From a bacterium BMS3Bbin05 (GTDB lineage Bacteria > Nitrospirota > Thermodesulfovibrionia > Thermodesulfovibrionales > BMS3Bbin05): a DNA stretch of 64,000 bases. Positions within the stretch are counted from its first letter, which is position 1. The number at the start of each line of letters is the position of its first letter. The position numbers and the translations under genes were made by a program. Positions 42,743 to 53,141 of the stretch are shown piece by piece. The notes under the pieces are model-generated. The model was not told the origin of the DNA. It did no database searches and saw only the letters and a list, made by a program, of their open reading frames with translations. Where the stretch lies: assembly GCA_002897855.1 (NCBI GenBank), contig BDTO01000053.1:45205-109204 (forward strand). The letters run 5' to 3'.

Positions 42743-44260
42743 TTATTTGACCATATGTATTATCGCCTGTGCTACATTCATATCAGCCGGCCCACCGCTA
42801 TTAATCTTCTCAAGCAGATGGCTCACACTTACATGCATAAACCCGAGAAAGCTGTCAGGATAGACTCCGATCCAGAAGACAAGCGCCAGAAGCGGAAGGA
42901 GAGTCAGCACCTCCCGTGCATCCATATCCTTCAGACCGGCCACCTTTTCGTTAACATTCATGAAAAAGACCCTCTGGTACAGCCACAACATATAACCTGC
43001 ACTGATGACAACACCCGTTGCAGCAAGAACACCCACAATTCTGCTTGCGGCAAAACCTCCAAGGATAATGAGGAACTCCCCTACAAAACCGTTCATCCCG
43101 GGCAGTCCAATGGTTGCAAGGGTAAATACCATGAAGAAACCTGCATAAACGGGAAGGGGCGTAGCAAGTCCGCCGTAATCGGATATCTCCCTGGAATGAG
43201 TCCTGTCATATATAATGCCGATACACAGAAACAGTGCCCCGGTTACAATACCGTGATTTATCATCTGCAGTATCCCTCCCTCGACTCCGTAGGAATTGAG
43301 GGCAAATATTCCCAGGGTCACGAATCCCATATGGCTGACCGAACTGTAAGCTATCAGTCTCTTCATATCCGTCTGTACAAGACATATTAAACCGCCATAA
43401 ATAATTGCAACAACAGAGAGTCCCAGCATGACCGGGATCATCGCCTTTGTGGCATCCGGGAACATTGGAATCGAAAATCTGAGAAAGCCGTAAGCCCCCA
43501 TCTTGATAAGTATGGCCGCAAGTATGACACTGCCGGCCGTTGGCGCCTCGGTATGCGCATCAGGCAGCCATGTATGCAGCGGGAACATCGGCACCTTTAC
43601 GGCAAATGCGGCAAAGAATGCCCAGAAGAGGATCATCTGAAGCTTATAGGGATATGTATGATTCGCTAATTCCAGAATGTTGAATGTATGTGCATGATTG
43701 TACAGGACAATGATACCGACGAGCATCAGCACACTCCCAACGAGAGTATACAGGAAGAACTTTATGGCGGCATAGAGCCTCCTCGGCCCTCCCCATACCC
43801 CTATGATGAGATACATTGGTATCAGCATGGCTTCCCAGAAAAGATAGAACAGAAAGAAATCGAGAGAACAGAAAACACCTATCATGGCCCCTTCCGTTAT
43901 CAGAAGCGCAATATAAAACTCTTTTACTTTATCCTTTATGGCGTTCCATGATATAAGGACACAGAGAATACTTATGAGCGTTGACAGAAGGACAAAAAAG
44001 ACGCTTATGCCATCAACTCCCAGAAAATAATTGATGTTCCATGAAGGGATCCATGCGTGTTTTTCCTGAAACTGCATCAAATATGTGGTTTTGTCAAAAT
44101 CTGTAAACAGCGGCAGCGAGATAACGAATGTCACAATAGTCACAAGCAGCGCCCCCCACTTTATGATGGACTCGTTGGCCCTGTTCACAAGCAGTAAGAC
44201 AAGCCCTCCTATAACAGGCACAAAAATTACAGCGCTCAGAATCGGATACCCTATCTCCAT
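42743..44260 (-). CDS. nuoM: NADH-quinone oxidoreductase subunit M
   Basis: 505-aa antiporter-like subunit at the expected operon position. Confidence 0.9.
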   Translation of the reverse strand: MEIGYPILSAVIFVPVIGGLVLLLVNRANESIIKWGALLVTIVTFVISLPLFTDFDKTTYLMQFQEKHAWIPSWNINYFLGVDGISVFFVLLSTLISILCVLISWNAIKDKVKEFYIALLITEGAMIGVFCSLDFFLFYLFWEAMLIPMYLIIGVWGGPRRLYAAIKFFLYTLVGSVLMLVGIIVLYNHAHTFNILELANHTYPYKLQMILFWAFFAAFAVKVPMFPLHTWLPDAHTEAPTAGSVILAAILIKMGAYGFLRFSIPMFPDATKAMIPVMLGLSVVAIIYGGLICLVQTDMKRLIAYSSVSHMGFVTLGIFALNSYGVEGGILQMINHGIVTGALFLCIGIIYDRTHSREISDYGGLATPLPVYAGFFMVFTLATIGLPGMNGFVGEFLIILGGFAASRIVGVLAATGVVISAGYMLWLYQRVFFMNVNEKVAGLKDMDAREVLTLLPLLALVFWIGVYPDSFLGFMHVSVSHLLEKINSGGPADMNVAQAIIHMVK

Positions 44261-44317
44261 TTATGACTCCTTAACTCCTGCTAAACGTACTTGCATGCGT
44301 CTTTCCATTCTGCTCAA

Positions 44318-46252
44318 TTACCCCAGGAGTTTTACCAGCATCAATGCAAAGATTAAAAACATGCCCAATACCATCATGGCGGCATACCGGTGGGCATCAC
44401 CCGACTGCACCTTTCTTATCTGTGCCGACGTCCATCCGATAAGTCTGGGGATCCCGTTAACTATGCCCTCTATTATCTTTGAGTCTGTAAAACCAACCAT
44501 AATATTCCTTGCTATACCCTTCGCAGCCCTCACGATTATCAGGTCGTACAGCTCATCGACATAATACTTATTGAACAAAACCCTGTAAGTAAACGGGAAC
44601 ATCCCTGCAAATTTCCCGGGCAATTCTTTATTTTTTATGTAAAAGGACCTTGCAACGAATATCCCTGTCAATGCTATCGCCACAGAGAGCGCTATAACCA
44701 TCCAGGCCGTCGAATGTGCAGCATTGACCTCCGGATGGCCTACGACAGGCCTGACAAAGTTTGCAATCCAGTTGGAATGCTCACCGCCGATGAGTTCGGG
44801 TATCCCAATCCAGCCCGAAGCAACCGCCCCGATACAAAGCAACACCAGGGGAATGGTCATAACCTTCGGGGATTCATGGAGGTGGTGTCTCTGCTCCTCC
44901 GTACCCCTGAACTCTCCATGGAATGTAAGATAAATCAGCCTGAATGAATAAAAGGCCGTCAGCAGGGCGGCAACTGTGCCCAGAAGCCAGACAAACTTGC
45001 CGACTCCATTGCCGTTAAAGGCGAGCCACAGGATTTCGTCCTTGCTGAAAAAGCCGGCAAAAGGCGGAATCCCGGAAATACTCAACGAAGCAAGTAACAT
45101 CGTCCAGTATGTAACAGGCATATACTTCCTCAGTCCGCCCATTTTCTGCATGTCCAGTTCGCCGGCCATCGCATGCATGACACTCCCTGCGCAGAGAAAG
45201 AGCAACGCCTTGAAAAATGCGTGTGTATAAAGGTGAAATATACCGGCACCGTATGCACCCACTCCGCAGGCAAGGACCATGTATCCGAGCTGGCTGACCG
45301 TTGAATAGGCGATAACCCGCTTTATATCATTCTGCACGAGGGCTATCGTGGCAGCGAACAGGGCGGTAAAACCACCGGTTATCGCGATGACATCCATTGC
45401 AACCGGAGAGACATTGAAAATCGGATTAAGCCTTGCCAGCATGAACACTCCCGCCGTAACCATCGTAGCGGCATGGATCAGTGCGCTGACGGGTGTAGGA
45501 CCTTCCATTGCATCGGGCAGCCACACATGCAGCGGAAACTGTGCAGACTTCCCGACTGCTCCGCAAAAGAGCAGCAGGGCAATGACCGTAACAAGATTTA
45601 CTTCCATACCAAAAATGGAAATCGTCTGGCCTGCAACTGAAGCCACTTTATCAAAGACAGGGAGGTAATGAAGTGTTCCGAATGTCAAAAACACGAGAAT
45701 GACCCCGAGACCGAAACCGAAATCGCCAAACCTGTTCACAATAAATGCCTTTTTGCCGGCATCCGAGGCGCTCTTTTTCTCGTACCAGAACCCGATCAAT
45801 AAATATGAGCAGAGCCCCACTGCCTCCCATCCGAAATAGAGCTGAAGCATATTGTTGGCCATGATCAGCATAAGCATCGAGAAGGTGAAAAGACTCAGAT
45901 AGGCAAAGAACCTGTAATACCCTTTGTCACCACGCATGTAGCCGACTGAATAGACGTGCACAAGGAAGCTGACCGTGGTTACGACAACGAGCATAACGGC
46001 AGTTAACTGGTCTATGAGAAATCCAACCGAGACCCTGAAGCCGGTACCGGCAATTATCCATGTATACAGGTCGGCATTAAGCGTGTGGCCCCGGATGACA
46101 TCGAATACCGTCATGTAGGATATAACCATTGAGCCGAATACTGCGAGTATGGATACCCATTGAGAAGCAGTCTTCAGTATCTTTCTGCCCAACAGTATAT
46201 TTATAACAAAGGCAGCAAGCGGTAAAAACGGTATCAGTAAATAGTATTTCAT
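44318..46252 (-). CDS. nuoL: NADH-quinone oxidoreductase subunit L
   Basis: 644 aa, antiporter-like with a long C-terminal extension, at the expected operon position. Confidence 0.92.
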   Translation of the reverse strand: MKYYLLIPFLPLAAFVINILLGRKILKTASQWVSILAVFGSMVISYMTVFDVIRGHTLNADLYTWIIAGTGFRVSVGFLIDQLTAVMLVVVTTVSFLVHVYSVGYMRGDKGYYRFFAYLSLFTFSMLMLIMANNMLQLYFGWEAVGLCSYLLIGFWYEKKSASDAGKKAFIVNRFGDFGFGLGVILVFLTFGTLHYLPVFDKVASVAGQTISIFGMEVNLVTVIALLLFCGAVGKSAQFPLHVWLPDAMEGPTPVSALIHAATMVTAGVFMLARLNPIFNVSPVAMDVIAITGGFTALFAATIALVQNDIKRVIAYSTVSQLGYMVLACGVGAYGAGIFHLYTHAFFKALLFLCAGSVMHAMAGELDMQKMGGLRKYMPVTYWTMLLASLSISGIPPFAGFFSKDEILWLAFNGNGVGKFVWLLGTVAALLTAFYSFRLIYLTFHGEFRGTEEQRHHLHESPKVMTIPLVLLCIGAVASGWIGIPELIGGEHSNWIANFVRPVVGHPEVNAAHSTAWMVIALSVAIALTGIFVARSFYIKNKELPGKFAGMFPFTYRVLFNKYYVDELYDLIIVRAAKGIARNIMVGFTDSKIIEGIVNGIPRLIGWTSAQIRKVQSGDAHRYAAMMVLGMFLIFALMLVKLLG

Positions 46253-46347
46253 AATCTTTCCTTTGAAAATCCAAACATTAAAGAGAAAAATCCAGAAATC
46301 CGGAATTCATTTATTTCCAATTCTGCATTTTGTACTTTAATCTTCCT

Positions 46348-46650
46348 TCATCCTTTCATATCGTTCATCTCGTCCACATGAACTGTCGGTTTGTTTCTGA
46401 ACAGGGCTACGATTAACGCAAGCCCTATCGCAGCTTCAGCAGCAGCAACGGCTATTATAAAGAATACAAGCACCTGGCCGCGCAAATCCTGCATATAATG
46501 GCTGAAGGCCATAAGACTGATGTTGACCCCGTTAAGCATCAATTCCATGGACAAAAACATTATTATAATATTCCTGCGGGTCAGGAACCCGAGTATGCCT
46601 ATCGTAAAAACTACAGCGCTCAAAAGCAGATACCAGTTTAATGGGACCAT
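46348..46650 (-). CDS. nuoK: NADH-quinone oxidoreductase subunit K
   Basis: 100 aa, three TM helices, typical NuoK size and position. Confidence 0.9.
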   Translation of the reverse strand: MVPLNWYLLLSAVVFTIGILGFLTRRNIIIMFLSMELMLNGVNISLMAFSHYMQDLRGQVLVFFIIAVAAAEAAIGLALIVALFRNKPTVHVDEMNDMKG

Positions 46651-46653
46651 ATT

Positions 46654-47181
46654 CTATTCATCCTCCGGACTATCGCTTTTTCCCCTTGCAAGGAATACAG
46701 CACCCACAATAGCCACAAGGAGTATTATCGATGCAACTTCAAACGGGAAAAGATATCCGGTATAAAGCACCTTTCCAAGGGCTACTGTGTGAGTTTCTTT
46801 CGAAATCGCAGCTATGCTCCATTTCCCGAACGGCTTCACCTTCATTCCTGCAAGCGGGATCAATATTACCACTAATACGGATAAGGCCAATGTCAAACCC
46901 ATAGGCCACTCGCCTACATAGTGTTCCCCCTGAATCTCCTCTTTCAGGTTAAGCAGGAATATCAGGAACACGTACAGTACCAGTATAGCCCCTGCATATA
47001 CAATAATCTGGACTGCCGCCATAAACTCCGCATTGAGAAACAGGTACAACCCTGCGACATGGAAAAACATAACAAGCATCCACAGAACACTGTGGACGGG
47101 ATTCTTTCGTGTTACCACCAATAATGCAGTTAAAATAATAACAAACGCAAAATATCCGAAAAAAAACTGATTAATCGCCAT
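46654..47181 (-). CDS. nuoJ: NADH-quinone oxidoreductase subunit J
   Basis: Start re-set to ATG 47181 (MAINQFFFGYFAFVI...). The track start at 47274 would lie deep inside nuoI. Confidence 0.88.
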   Translation of the reverse strand: MAINQFFFGYFAFVIILTALLVVTRKNPVHSVLWMLVMFFHVAGLYLFLNAEFMAAVQIIVYAGAILVLYVFLIFLLNLKEEIQGEHYVGEWPMGLTLALSVLVVILIPLAGMKVKPFGKWSIAAISKETHTVALGKVLYTGYLFPFEVASIILLVAIVGAVFLARGKSDSPEDE

Positions 47182-47743
47182 CCGGTCTCTCCGTTTCCGG
47201 TCTGCTCCCGCTGAAGACCGCCTGGTCATCATGAGCTGTAAAATCCTCCGACTTCGGTCTCCAGAACCGCTCAAAATATTCTATCCCTTTCTTGCCGGAC
47301 ATGTATTTGTCCCAGTTTGAGAGCAGTTTATCCCTTGTCATGTAAAAATCATCCCTTGAATAATTCGAATACTCAAAGTGCTCCGTAAGCGAAATGGCCC
47401 CATATGGGCATGCCTCTACGCAAAATGCACAAAATACGCACCTCAGCACCTCGATCTCGTATCTCTCAACTATCTTCTGGTGGTCCGGCCCGTCTATCGT
47501 ATGAATATTTATGCACTTTGACGGACAGACTGCCGCGCACAGACCGCATCCCACACACTTGGCATCCCCTGTAACGGGATTTCTGACAAGTGCATGAAGC
47601 CCCCTGAAACCCGGAGCGGCCTGTCTTTTTTCCTTTGGATAACGCCTGGTAACCGGTTTGGTAAAAAGACGGCTCAGCGTCAGCGCCAGACCCTTCAGTA
47701 TCTCCCACAGAAAAATCTTTTTTATTATTGCCGAAACTTTCAT
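47171..47743 (-). CDS. nuoI: NADH-quinone oxidoreductase subunit I
   Basis: Start re-set to ATG 47743 (ATGA overlap with the nuoH stop). Two 4Fe-4S motifs: CVGCGLCAAVCP and CVFCAFCVEACP. Confidence 0.92.
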   Translation of the reverse strand: MKVSAIIKKIFLWEILKGLALTLSRLFTKPVTRRYPKEKRQAAPGFRGLHALVRNPVTGDAKCVGCGLCAAVCPSKCINIHTIDGPDHQKIVERYEIEVLRCVFCAFCVEACPYGAISLTEHFEYSNYSRDDFYMTRDKLLSNWDKYMSGKKGIEYFERFWRPKSEDFTAHDDQAVFSGSRPETERPDGD

Positions 47744-48777
47744 ACCAGCAGTTTTATAAACCCCGTAATAACAATATTCAGCAGGGCAAGTGGAATAAGC
47801 ACCTTCCATCCAATGGCCATAAGCTGGTCATACCTGTATCTCGGAAGCGTCGCCCTCACCCAGTAATAAACAAACATTCCAAGGTAGACCTTGGCTGCAA
47901 AAACAATTACCCCCGGAATCTTCGAAAGAAACGGCGCCACATTCAGAATATAATGCGGAATGGTCCAGCCACCTAAAAAGCATGTAACGGCTATGGATGA
48001 CATGATAATCATCCCTACATACTCACCAAGGTAAAAAAGCGCAAATCTTATACCGCTATATTCGACAAAATATCCTGCAACAAGTTCATTCTCCGCCTCG
48101 GGCAAGTCAAATGGTGCCCTGTTGGTCTCTGCAAAGGCGGCAACGATAAAGACAAAAAAACCGATTATCTGGGGAATTGCATAAAATCCGGTCGGGTAAT
48201 TCTGTTGTGCCCTGACTATATCCTGGAGATTAAGCGAACCCGCCATTATCATTACCCCGACAAGACTGAGCCCCAGCGGCACCTCGTAACTGATAACCTG
48301 CGCGGACGACCTCAGCCCTCCGAGAAATGCATATTTTGAATTCGAAGACCACCCGGCAAGAATAACTCCGTAGGCGCCCAGGGATGACATTGCAAGAATA
48401 AAGAGCAGGCCGATATTTATATCCGCTATGACAAAATTATTAAAAAACGGGATAACCGAAAGAGACGCAAGTGCGGCCATCATGCTGATGAGAGGGGCCA
48501 GATAGAAAACGGGCTTATCGGCATTGGCAGGGATAATGTCTTCCTTAAAAAACAGCTTCAGACCGTCGGCTATAGGCTGCAGCAAACCGTGCCAGCCAAC
48601 TTCCATCGGACCCATTCTTACCTGCATGTGCCCTATCGTTTTCCGTTCAAAATATGTCGCATACGCCACGTGCAGCAGCGCAACGGCAACAACTACAACT
48701 ATCTTCAGAGCTATAATGACAATATTAACTATTACATCAAAACTTCCCGGTTGTATTATGGTCTCAAAAAAATGCAT
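47740..48777 (-). CDS. nuoH: NADH-quinone oxidoreductase subunit H
   Basis: 345-aa polytopic protein. FERKTIGHMQVRMGP is the typical NuoH N-terminus. Confidence 0.93.
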   Translation of the reverse strand: MHFFETIIQPGSFDVIVNIVIIALKIVVVVAVALLHVAYATYFERKTIGHMQVRMGPMEVGWHGLLQPIADGLKLFFKEDIIPANADKPVFYLAPLISMMAALASLSVIPFFNNFVIADINIGLLFILAMSSLGAYGVILAGWSSNSKYAFLGGLRSSAQVISYEVPLGLSLVGVMIMAGSLNLQDIVRAQQNYPTGFYAIPQIIGFFVFIVAAFAETNRAPFDLPEAENELVAGYFVEYSGIRFALFYLGEYVGMIIMSSIAVTCFLGGWTIPHYILNVAPFLSKIPGVIVFAAKVYLGMFVYYWVRATLPRYRYDQLMAIGWKVLIPLALLNIVITGFIKLLV

Positions 48778-48778
48778 A

Positions 48779-51364
48779 TCACTGCACCTTCTCTATCTTT
48801 ATATCCGATAATTTCCACACAGGCGCCCCCGTGCCGGGCTCAATCCCGTAATCCACGAGAGACATGACGCAAACTCCCTCGAATACATTGGGTACCCTGA
48901 CACTAAAATCCCTTATCTCATTATCCACCTTTGACACCAGCTCAATGGACCATCCGTTCGCGGCTGCTATCTTTATCCTGTCACCATCTTTTATATCAAT
49001 GCTTTTTGCCGTATCAGGATGCATAACCGCGTAGGGCTCTGCCTGTATGCTGTTAAGCGCAGGAGAGTATCTGCTGAAAGAACCTGAGTGGAAAAGCAAC
49101 CTGTCCGGATACACGTGGCAGCCATGCCCTGTTTTTTCCACAACTTCTTCAGGTATCTTAATTTCCCATTTCCCGCTCCTTAGCGGTTCACCTTTATACG
49201 GCCAGAGTGATTTATCGGTGGCAAGGTCTTCATAGCTTACAGACCCGTAAAGATGTGAAGCGCGTGTTATCTCTTCCCAGATGTCCCTTGCGGAATTATA
49301 CTCCATCCTGCTGCCCATAAGTCCCGAAATTCCGGCAATGATCTGCCATCCCTCCAGTCCGCCAACAGATTTTTTGGCCCTGTGGAGCCTCTGTATCCTT
49401 CTTTCAAGATTTACATATGTGCCATCCTTTTCGGCCCACAGCGCAGCAGGAAGCACTACATCGGCCATCTTCGCCGTCTCTGAGAGAAAGGCATCCTGAA
49501 CAACAAGAAAATCGAGACCGGACATCGCCTCCCTTATCCTGTCTGCAGCAGGGAGATTAAAGACGGGATTGTCCCCCATTACGTAAGCAGCCTTTATATC
49601 GCCTTTCCCGATCGCCTCAAACATCTCAAACAGTGTAAGACCTTTCTGACCCGGGACTCCATAACCCATTTCCTGTTCAAACTTTTCCCTGAAGCTGCTT
49701 ATTTCCAAAGGCCGGCCTCCGGGAAGGGTATCCGGCATGCATCCGGTATCAATCACACCCTGTTCATTCGGCCTTTCGCTAAGGAGATAAATCCTTGCAT
49801 CGAGCACATAAATTATGGCGGCAATCAGGAACAATCCCATAAGGCCGTTATTTATCATGATATCAGGTCCGATAATGACGGATATGTTCTTCGGGTCCTT
49901 AAGATCCTCTGCAACTTTCTCAATATCAGACTTCCGAAGTCCTGTCCGTTGTGTTATCTCTTCATCATTCGGCCACTTTATATTCCCTATCTCCTGCTCT
50001 ATCGATCCGGACCGCCCCGGCAATCCTCTTGTATCGATCAGTGCCTTCAATAACGCTGAATACAGGAAATTTTCCGAGCCCGACCGTGCAACCGGTTCTG
50101 AGGAAGCAAACCTCTTCAGGCCGGCCGCATTACTCAGGGATACAACCTTTGCGCCATTACCGGATGCTGCCCGTACCTGGAGCCCAAGCACCGGATTTAT
50201 TTTGGTGGGATCACCGCCCGCAACAACTACAGCATCGGATTTCCCTATCCCGCTTATCAGATTTGCTGTTATGCCCTGGCCGAAAATGCCCTCAAAATAT
50301 GCCTGGGCCGGCGCATAAAACATCCTGATAATGGAATCTATATTATTGCTGAACAGAGTTTCTCTGAAAAATCTCTGAAAGACATAATTGTCCTCATTGG
50401 TCAATTCGGGAGAGACAATGCCTGCAAATTTTTCGCCTCCGTCTTGCTCCTTTATCTCACTGAATTTTTCAGCAACGAGCCCGAGCGCTTCAGCCCAGGA
50501 AACAGCCTTTAACTCGCCGTTTTTTCTGACAAGCGGGGTTGTTAATCTCCTGTTGCTCTCGATAATATCATATCCAAACCGACCCCTTGCACATAAAAGA
50601 CCTTTATTTATCCCCATCCCCATTCTTGGAATTGCCCTGAGAATCGTGTTCTCTCTCATCTGTAGAATCATTGAACAGCCGACTCCGCAAAAACCGCATA
50701 ATGTTTCGATTTCATCTTCAACAAACCAGGCCCTGTAACTGTGCCTGTGAAGACGCGACATGATAGCGCCTACCGGACAGACAGTAAGGCAATTACCACA
50801 GTATTCGCAATCATATCTGCCGCCGGAAAAAGGTTCAACAAATGAATGGTCTCCCCTGCCTGTCACCGTAATGGCGGAAGCTCTCTGCACCCCGTCGCAC
50901 ATCCTGACACACCGCGTACAGGTTACGCAACGCTCCATGTTTCTCACTATTATGGGATCGTCGAAACTCTCCGGATGACGCCGTTTTCCCTCTGCAAAAC
51001 GGCCCTCCTCGGCGCCATACTGTGCAACAAGATCCTGTAACTCACACTCCCCGGACTTGTCACAATAAGGACAGTCGAGAGGATGATTTATCAGAAGGAA
51101 TTCAAGCATCGCCTTCCTGGCCCTGATTATGGCATCCGTCTCGGTCCTTACCACCATACCGTCCGTAACCATTACCGTGCAGGCCGTTTGAAGCCTCGGC
51201 AGTTTTTCCACTTCGACAAGACAGAGCCTGCAACCCCCGAACTTCTCAAGACCTTCAAAAAAACAGAGGGTGGGTATCTTTATTCCCCCTGATCTCGCGG
51301 CCTCAAGTATGGTAACGGCCTTGTCGAACTTTATTTCCCTGTCGTTAATGGTTACAGTTATCAT
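48779..51364 (-). CDS. nuoG: NADH-quinone oxidoreductase subunit G (long form with molybdopterin-oxidoreductase-like domain)
   Basis: 861 aa. N-terminal 2Fe-2S ferredoxin-like region plus His/Cys 4Fe-4S motifs (HPLDCPYCDKSGECELQ), then a MopB-like domain. Confidence 0.93.
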   Translation of the reverse strand: MITVTINDREIKFDKAVTILEAARSGGIKIPTLCFFEGLEKFGGCRLCLVEVEKLPRLQTACTVMVTDGMVVRTETDAIIRARKAMLEFLLINHPLDCPYCDKSGECELQDLVAQYGAEEGRFAEGKRRHPESFDDPIIVRNMERCVTCTRCVRMCDGVQRASAITVTGRGDHSFVEPFSGGRYDCEYCGNCLTVCPVGAIMSRLHRHSYRAWFVEDEIETLCGFCGVGCSMILQMRENTILRAIPRMGMGINKGLLCARGRFGYDIIESNRRLTTPLVRKNGELKAVSWAEALGLVAEKFSEIKEQDGGEKFAGIVSPELTNEDNYVFQRFFRETLFSNNIDSIIRMFYAPAQAYFEGIFGQGITANLISGIGKSDAVVVAGGDPTKINPVLGLQVRAASGNGAKVVSLSNAAGLKRFASSEPVARSGSENFLYSALLKALIDTRGLPGRSGSIEQEIGNIKWPNDEEITQRTGLRKSDIEKVAEDLKDPKNISVIIGPDIMINNGLMGLFLIAAIIYVLDARIYLLSERPNEQGVIDTGCMPDTLPGGRPLEISSFREKFEQEMGYGVPGQKGLTLFEMFEAIGKGDIKAAYVMGDNPVFNLPAADRIREAMSGLDFLVVQDAFLSETAKMADVVLPAALWAEKDGTYVNLERRIQRLHRAKKSVGGLEGWQIIAGISGLMGSRMEYNSARDIWEEITRASHLYGSVSYEDLATDKSLWPYKGEPLRSGKWEIKIPEEVVEKTGHGCHVYPDRLLFHSGSFSRYSPALNSIQAEPYAVMHPDTAKSIDIKDGDRIKIAAANGWSIELVSKVDNEIRDFSVRVPNVFEGVCVMSLVDYGIEPGTGAPVWKLSDIKIEKVQ

Positions 51365-51373
51365 TAACCTGCC

Positions 51374-52633
51374 TCAATTCACCATGCACTTCCTGTTTTC
51401 AATGTGATGATCAAATTCATCGCTGAAATATTTAATAAAACTCAACAGCATGCCTGCAGCCCCATCGCCAAGAGGACAGAAGGTCTTGCCGGATATATTC
51501 GAGGCTACCTCAAGAAGAAGTTCTATATCTCCGTTCCTGCCCATACCATTTTCAATCCTCTCAAGTATATTACTGAGCCATCCCGTACCTTCCCTGCAGG
51601 GTGTACATTTGCCGCATGACTCATGTTCAAAAAACTGCATGGCCCTCATGCAGACACTTACAAGGCAGACGGACTCATCAAAGACCATAACGGCTCCCGA
51701 GCCCAGCATGCTGCCGGCCTTTGGCAGGTTTACAAAATCCATCTGACAGTCTATCTTGTCCGGTGGCAGAATGGGCGTTGATATACCGCCGGGGATAACC
51801 GCCTTTAACTTTCCCCCGCCCTTTATACCACCGCAATGTTTATAAATAATATCTCTCAGTATTGTTCCCATTGGAAGTTCATATACACCGGGTTTTTCAA
51901 CAAAACCGCTGACGCAGTAAAGCTTTGGCCCGGGACAGTCGGGATTGCCGATCTTTGAATATTCCTCCGGGCCGATCTCGATGATCAAAGGCAGATTTGA
52001 AAACGTTTCCACATTGTTGACGATTGTCGGTTTTCCCCAGGCCCCCACATTTACAGGGAACGGGGGTTTAAGCCTCGGCTGTCCCCTCTTGCCCTCTATG
52101 GATTCGATAAGCGCGGTCTCTTCACCACAGATGTAAGCTCCGGCGCCCCTGTGTACGGAGAGATCGAATTTAAAACCCTTCCCCGTTATATTTTCACCAA
52201 GCAGCCCTTCCTTATATGCCTGATCAATAGCTTTATCGAGAATGACTTCCGCCGCAGGATACTCGGCCCGGAGATAGATGTATCCCCTTCCAACCTTCAG
52301 CGCACGGGCCGCAATAACCATCCCTTCTATCAGAAGATGCGGGTCCCTTTCCAGTATGTGTCTATCCTTGAAGGTACCGGGTTCCCCTTCATCCGCATTA
52401 CATATCAGATATTTGGGAAAGTTTGGATCACGCGATGCAAAATCCCATTTCATGCCTGTAGGGAATCCCGCGCCCCCCCTTCCCCTGAGGCCCGACTTCT
52501 TTACCTCATCCACGATCTTCCCGGGTTCCATCTCAACGGCCTTTTTCAGCCCCTTGTATCCACCCGATTTCCGATACTCCCTTATATCCGTAGATCTGGG
52601 GTTATCAACATTTTTCAATAAGAATTTCTGCAT
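51374..52633 (-). CDS. nuoF: NADH-quinone oxidoreductase subunit F
   Basis: 419 aa. GLRGRGGAGFPTGMKW (FMN/NADH site) and ESCGKCTPCREG (4Fe-4S). Confidence 0.95.
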   Translation of the reverse strand: MQKFLLKNVDNPRSTDIREYRKSGGYKGLKKAVEMEPGKIVDEVKKSGLRGRGGAGFPTGMKWDFASRDPNFPKYLICNADEGEPGTFKDRHILERDPHLLIEGMVIAARALKVGRGYIYLRAEYPAAEVILDKAIDQAYKEGLLGENITGKGFKFDLSVHRGAGAYICGEETALIESIEGKRGQPRLKPPFPVNVGAWGKPTIVNNVETFSNLPLIIEIGPEEYSKIGNPDCPGPKLYCVSGFVEKPGVYELPMGTILRDIIYKHCGGIKGGGKLKAVIPGGISTPILPPDKIDCQMDFVNLPKAGSMLGSGAVMVFDESVCLVSVCMRAMQFFEHESCGKCTPCREGTGWLSNILERIENGMGRNGDIELLLEVASNISGKTFCPLGDGAAGMLLSFIKYFSDEFDHHIENRKCMVN

Positions 52634-52636
52634 ATC

Positions 52637-53101
52637 CTACTTATACCCATTCAGGATATCCATTACCCTCTTCTCATCGAGGTTGTCATGAAAATCATCA
52701 TTCACAAGCATTGCGGGCGCCGTACCACATGCCCCGATACATTCCATAATAACAAGGGAAAATCTCTTATCCCCGGTAGTACCACCCGCTTCGATCCCGA
52801 ATTCCCTTTTCAGCAAATCCACCAGTTTTTCCGCACCCATAATCATGCATGCCACATTCGTACATATCTGGATTATATTTCTGCCCATGGGGACATGTCT
52901 GTACATATGGTAAAACGTGGCTACTCCCTTGACCGTGGCGGGGGGTATGTTCAGCATCCCGGACACCTTGTAAAGCGACTCCTGTGAAAGCCAACCCTCC
53001 GTATTCTGTATCTCATGGAGTGCAGACATGATGGCCGACCTGAAGACAGGATAATCGCCTTTCTTCTGCTGAATTTTTTTTATTATCTCTTCAGTAATCA
53101 T
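52637..53101 (-). CDS. nuoE: NADH-quinone oxidoreductase subunit E
   Basis: 154 aa, thioredoxin-like 2Fe-2S subunit. QICTNVACMIMG...ECIGACGTAP. Confidence 0.93.
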   Translation of the reverse strand: MITEEIIKKIQQKKGDYPVFRSAIMSALHEIQNTEGWLSQESLYKVSGMLNIPPATVKGVATFYHMYRHVPMGRNIIQICTNVACMIMGAEKLVDLLKREFGIEAGGTTGDKRFSLVIMECIGACGTAPAMLVNDDFHDNLDEKRVMDILNGYK

Positions 53102-53141
53102 TTCCGGTTTTTGATTTCGCTCTTTTATTCTTAAACGATTA

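Noticed and set aside
51404-52691. Plus-strand ORFs of 71-156 aa inside nuoF/nuoE
   Set aside because: They are antisense to nuoF and nuoE, which have diagnostic FMN and Fe-S motifs.
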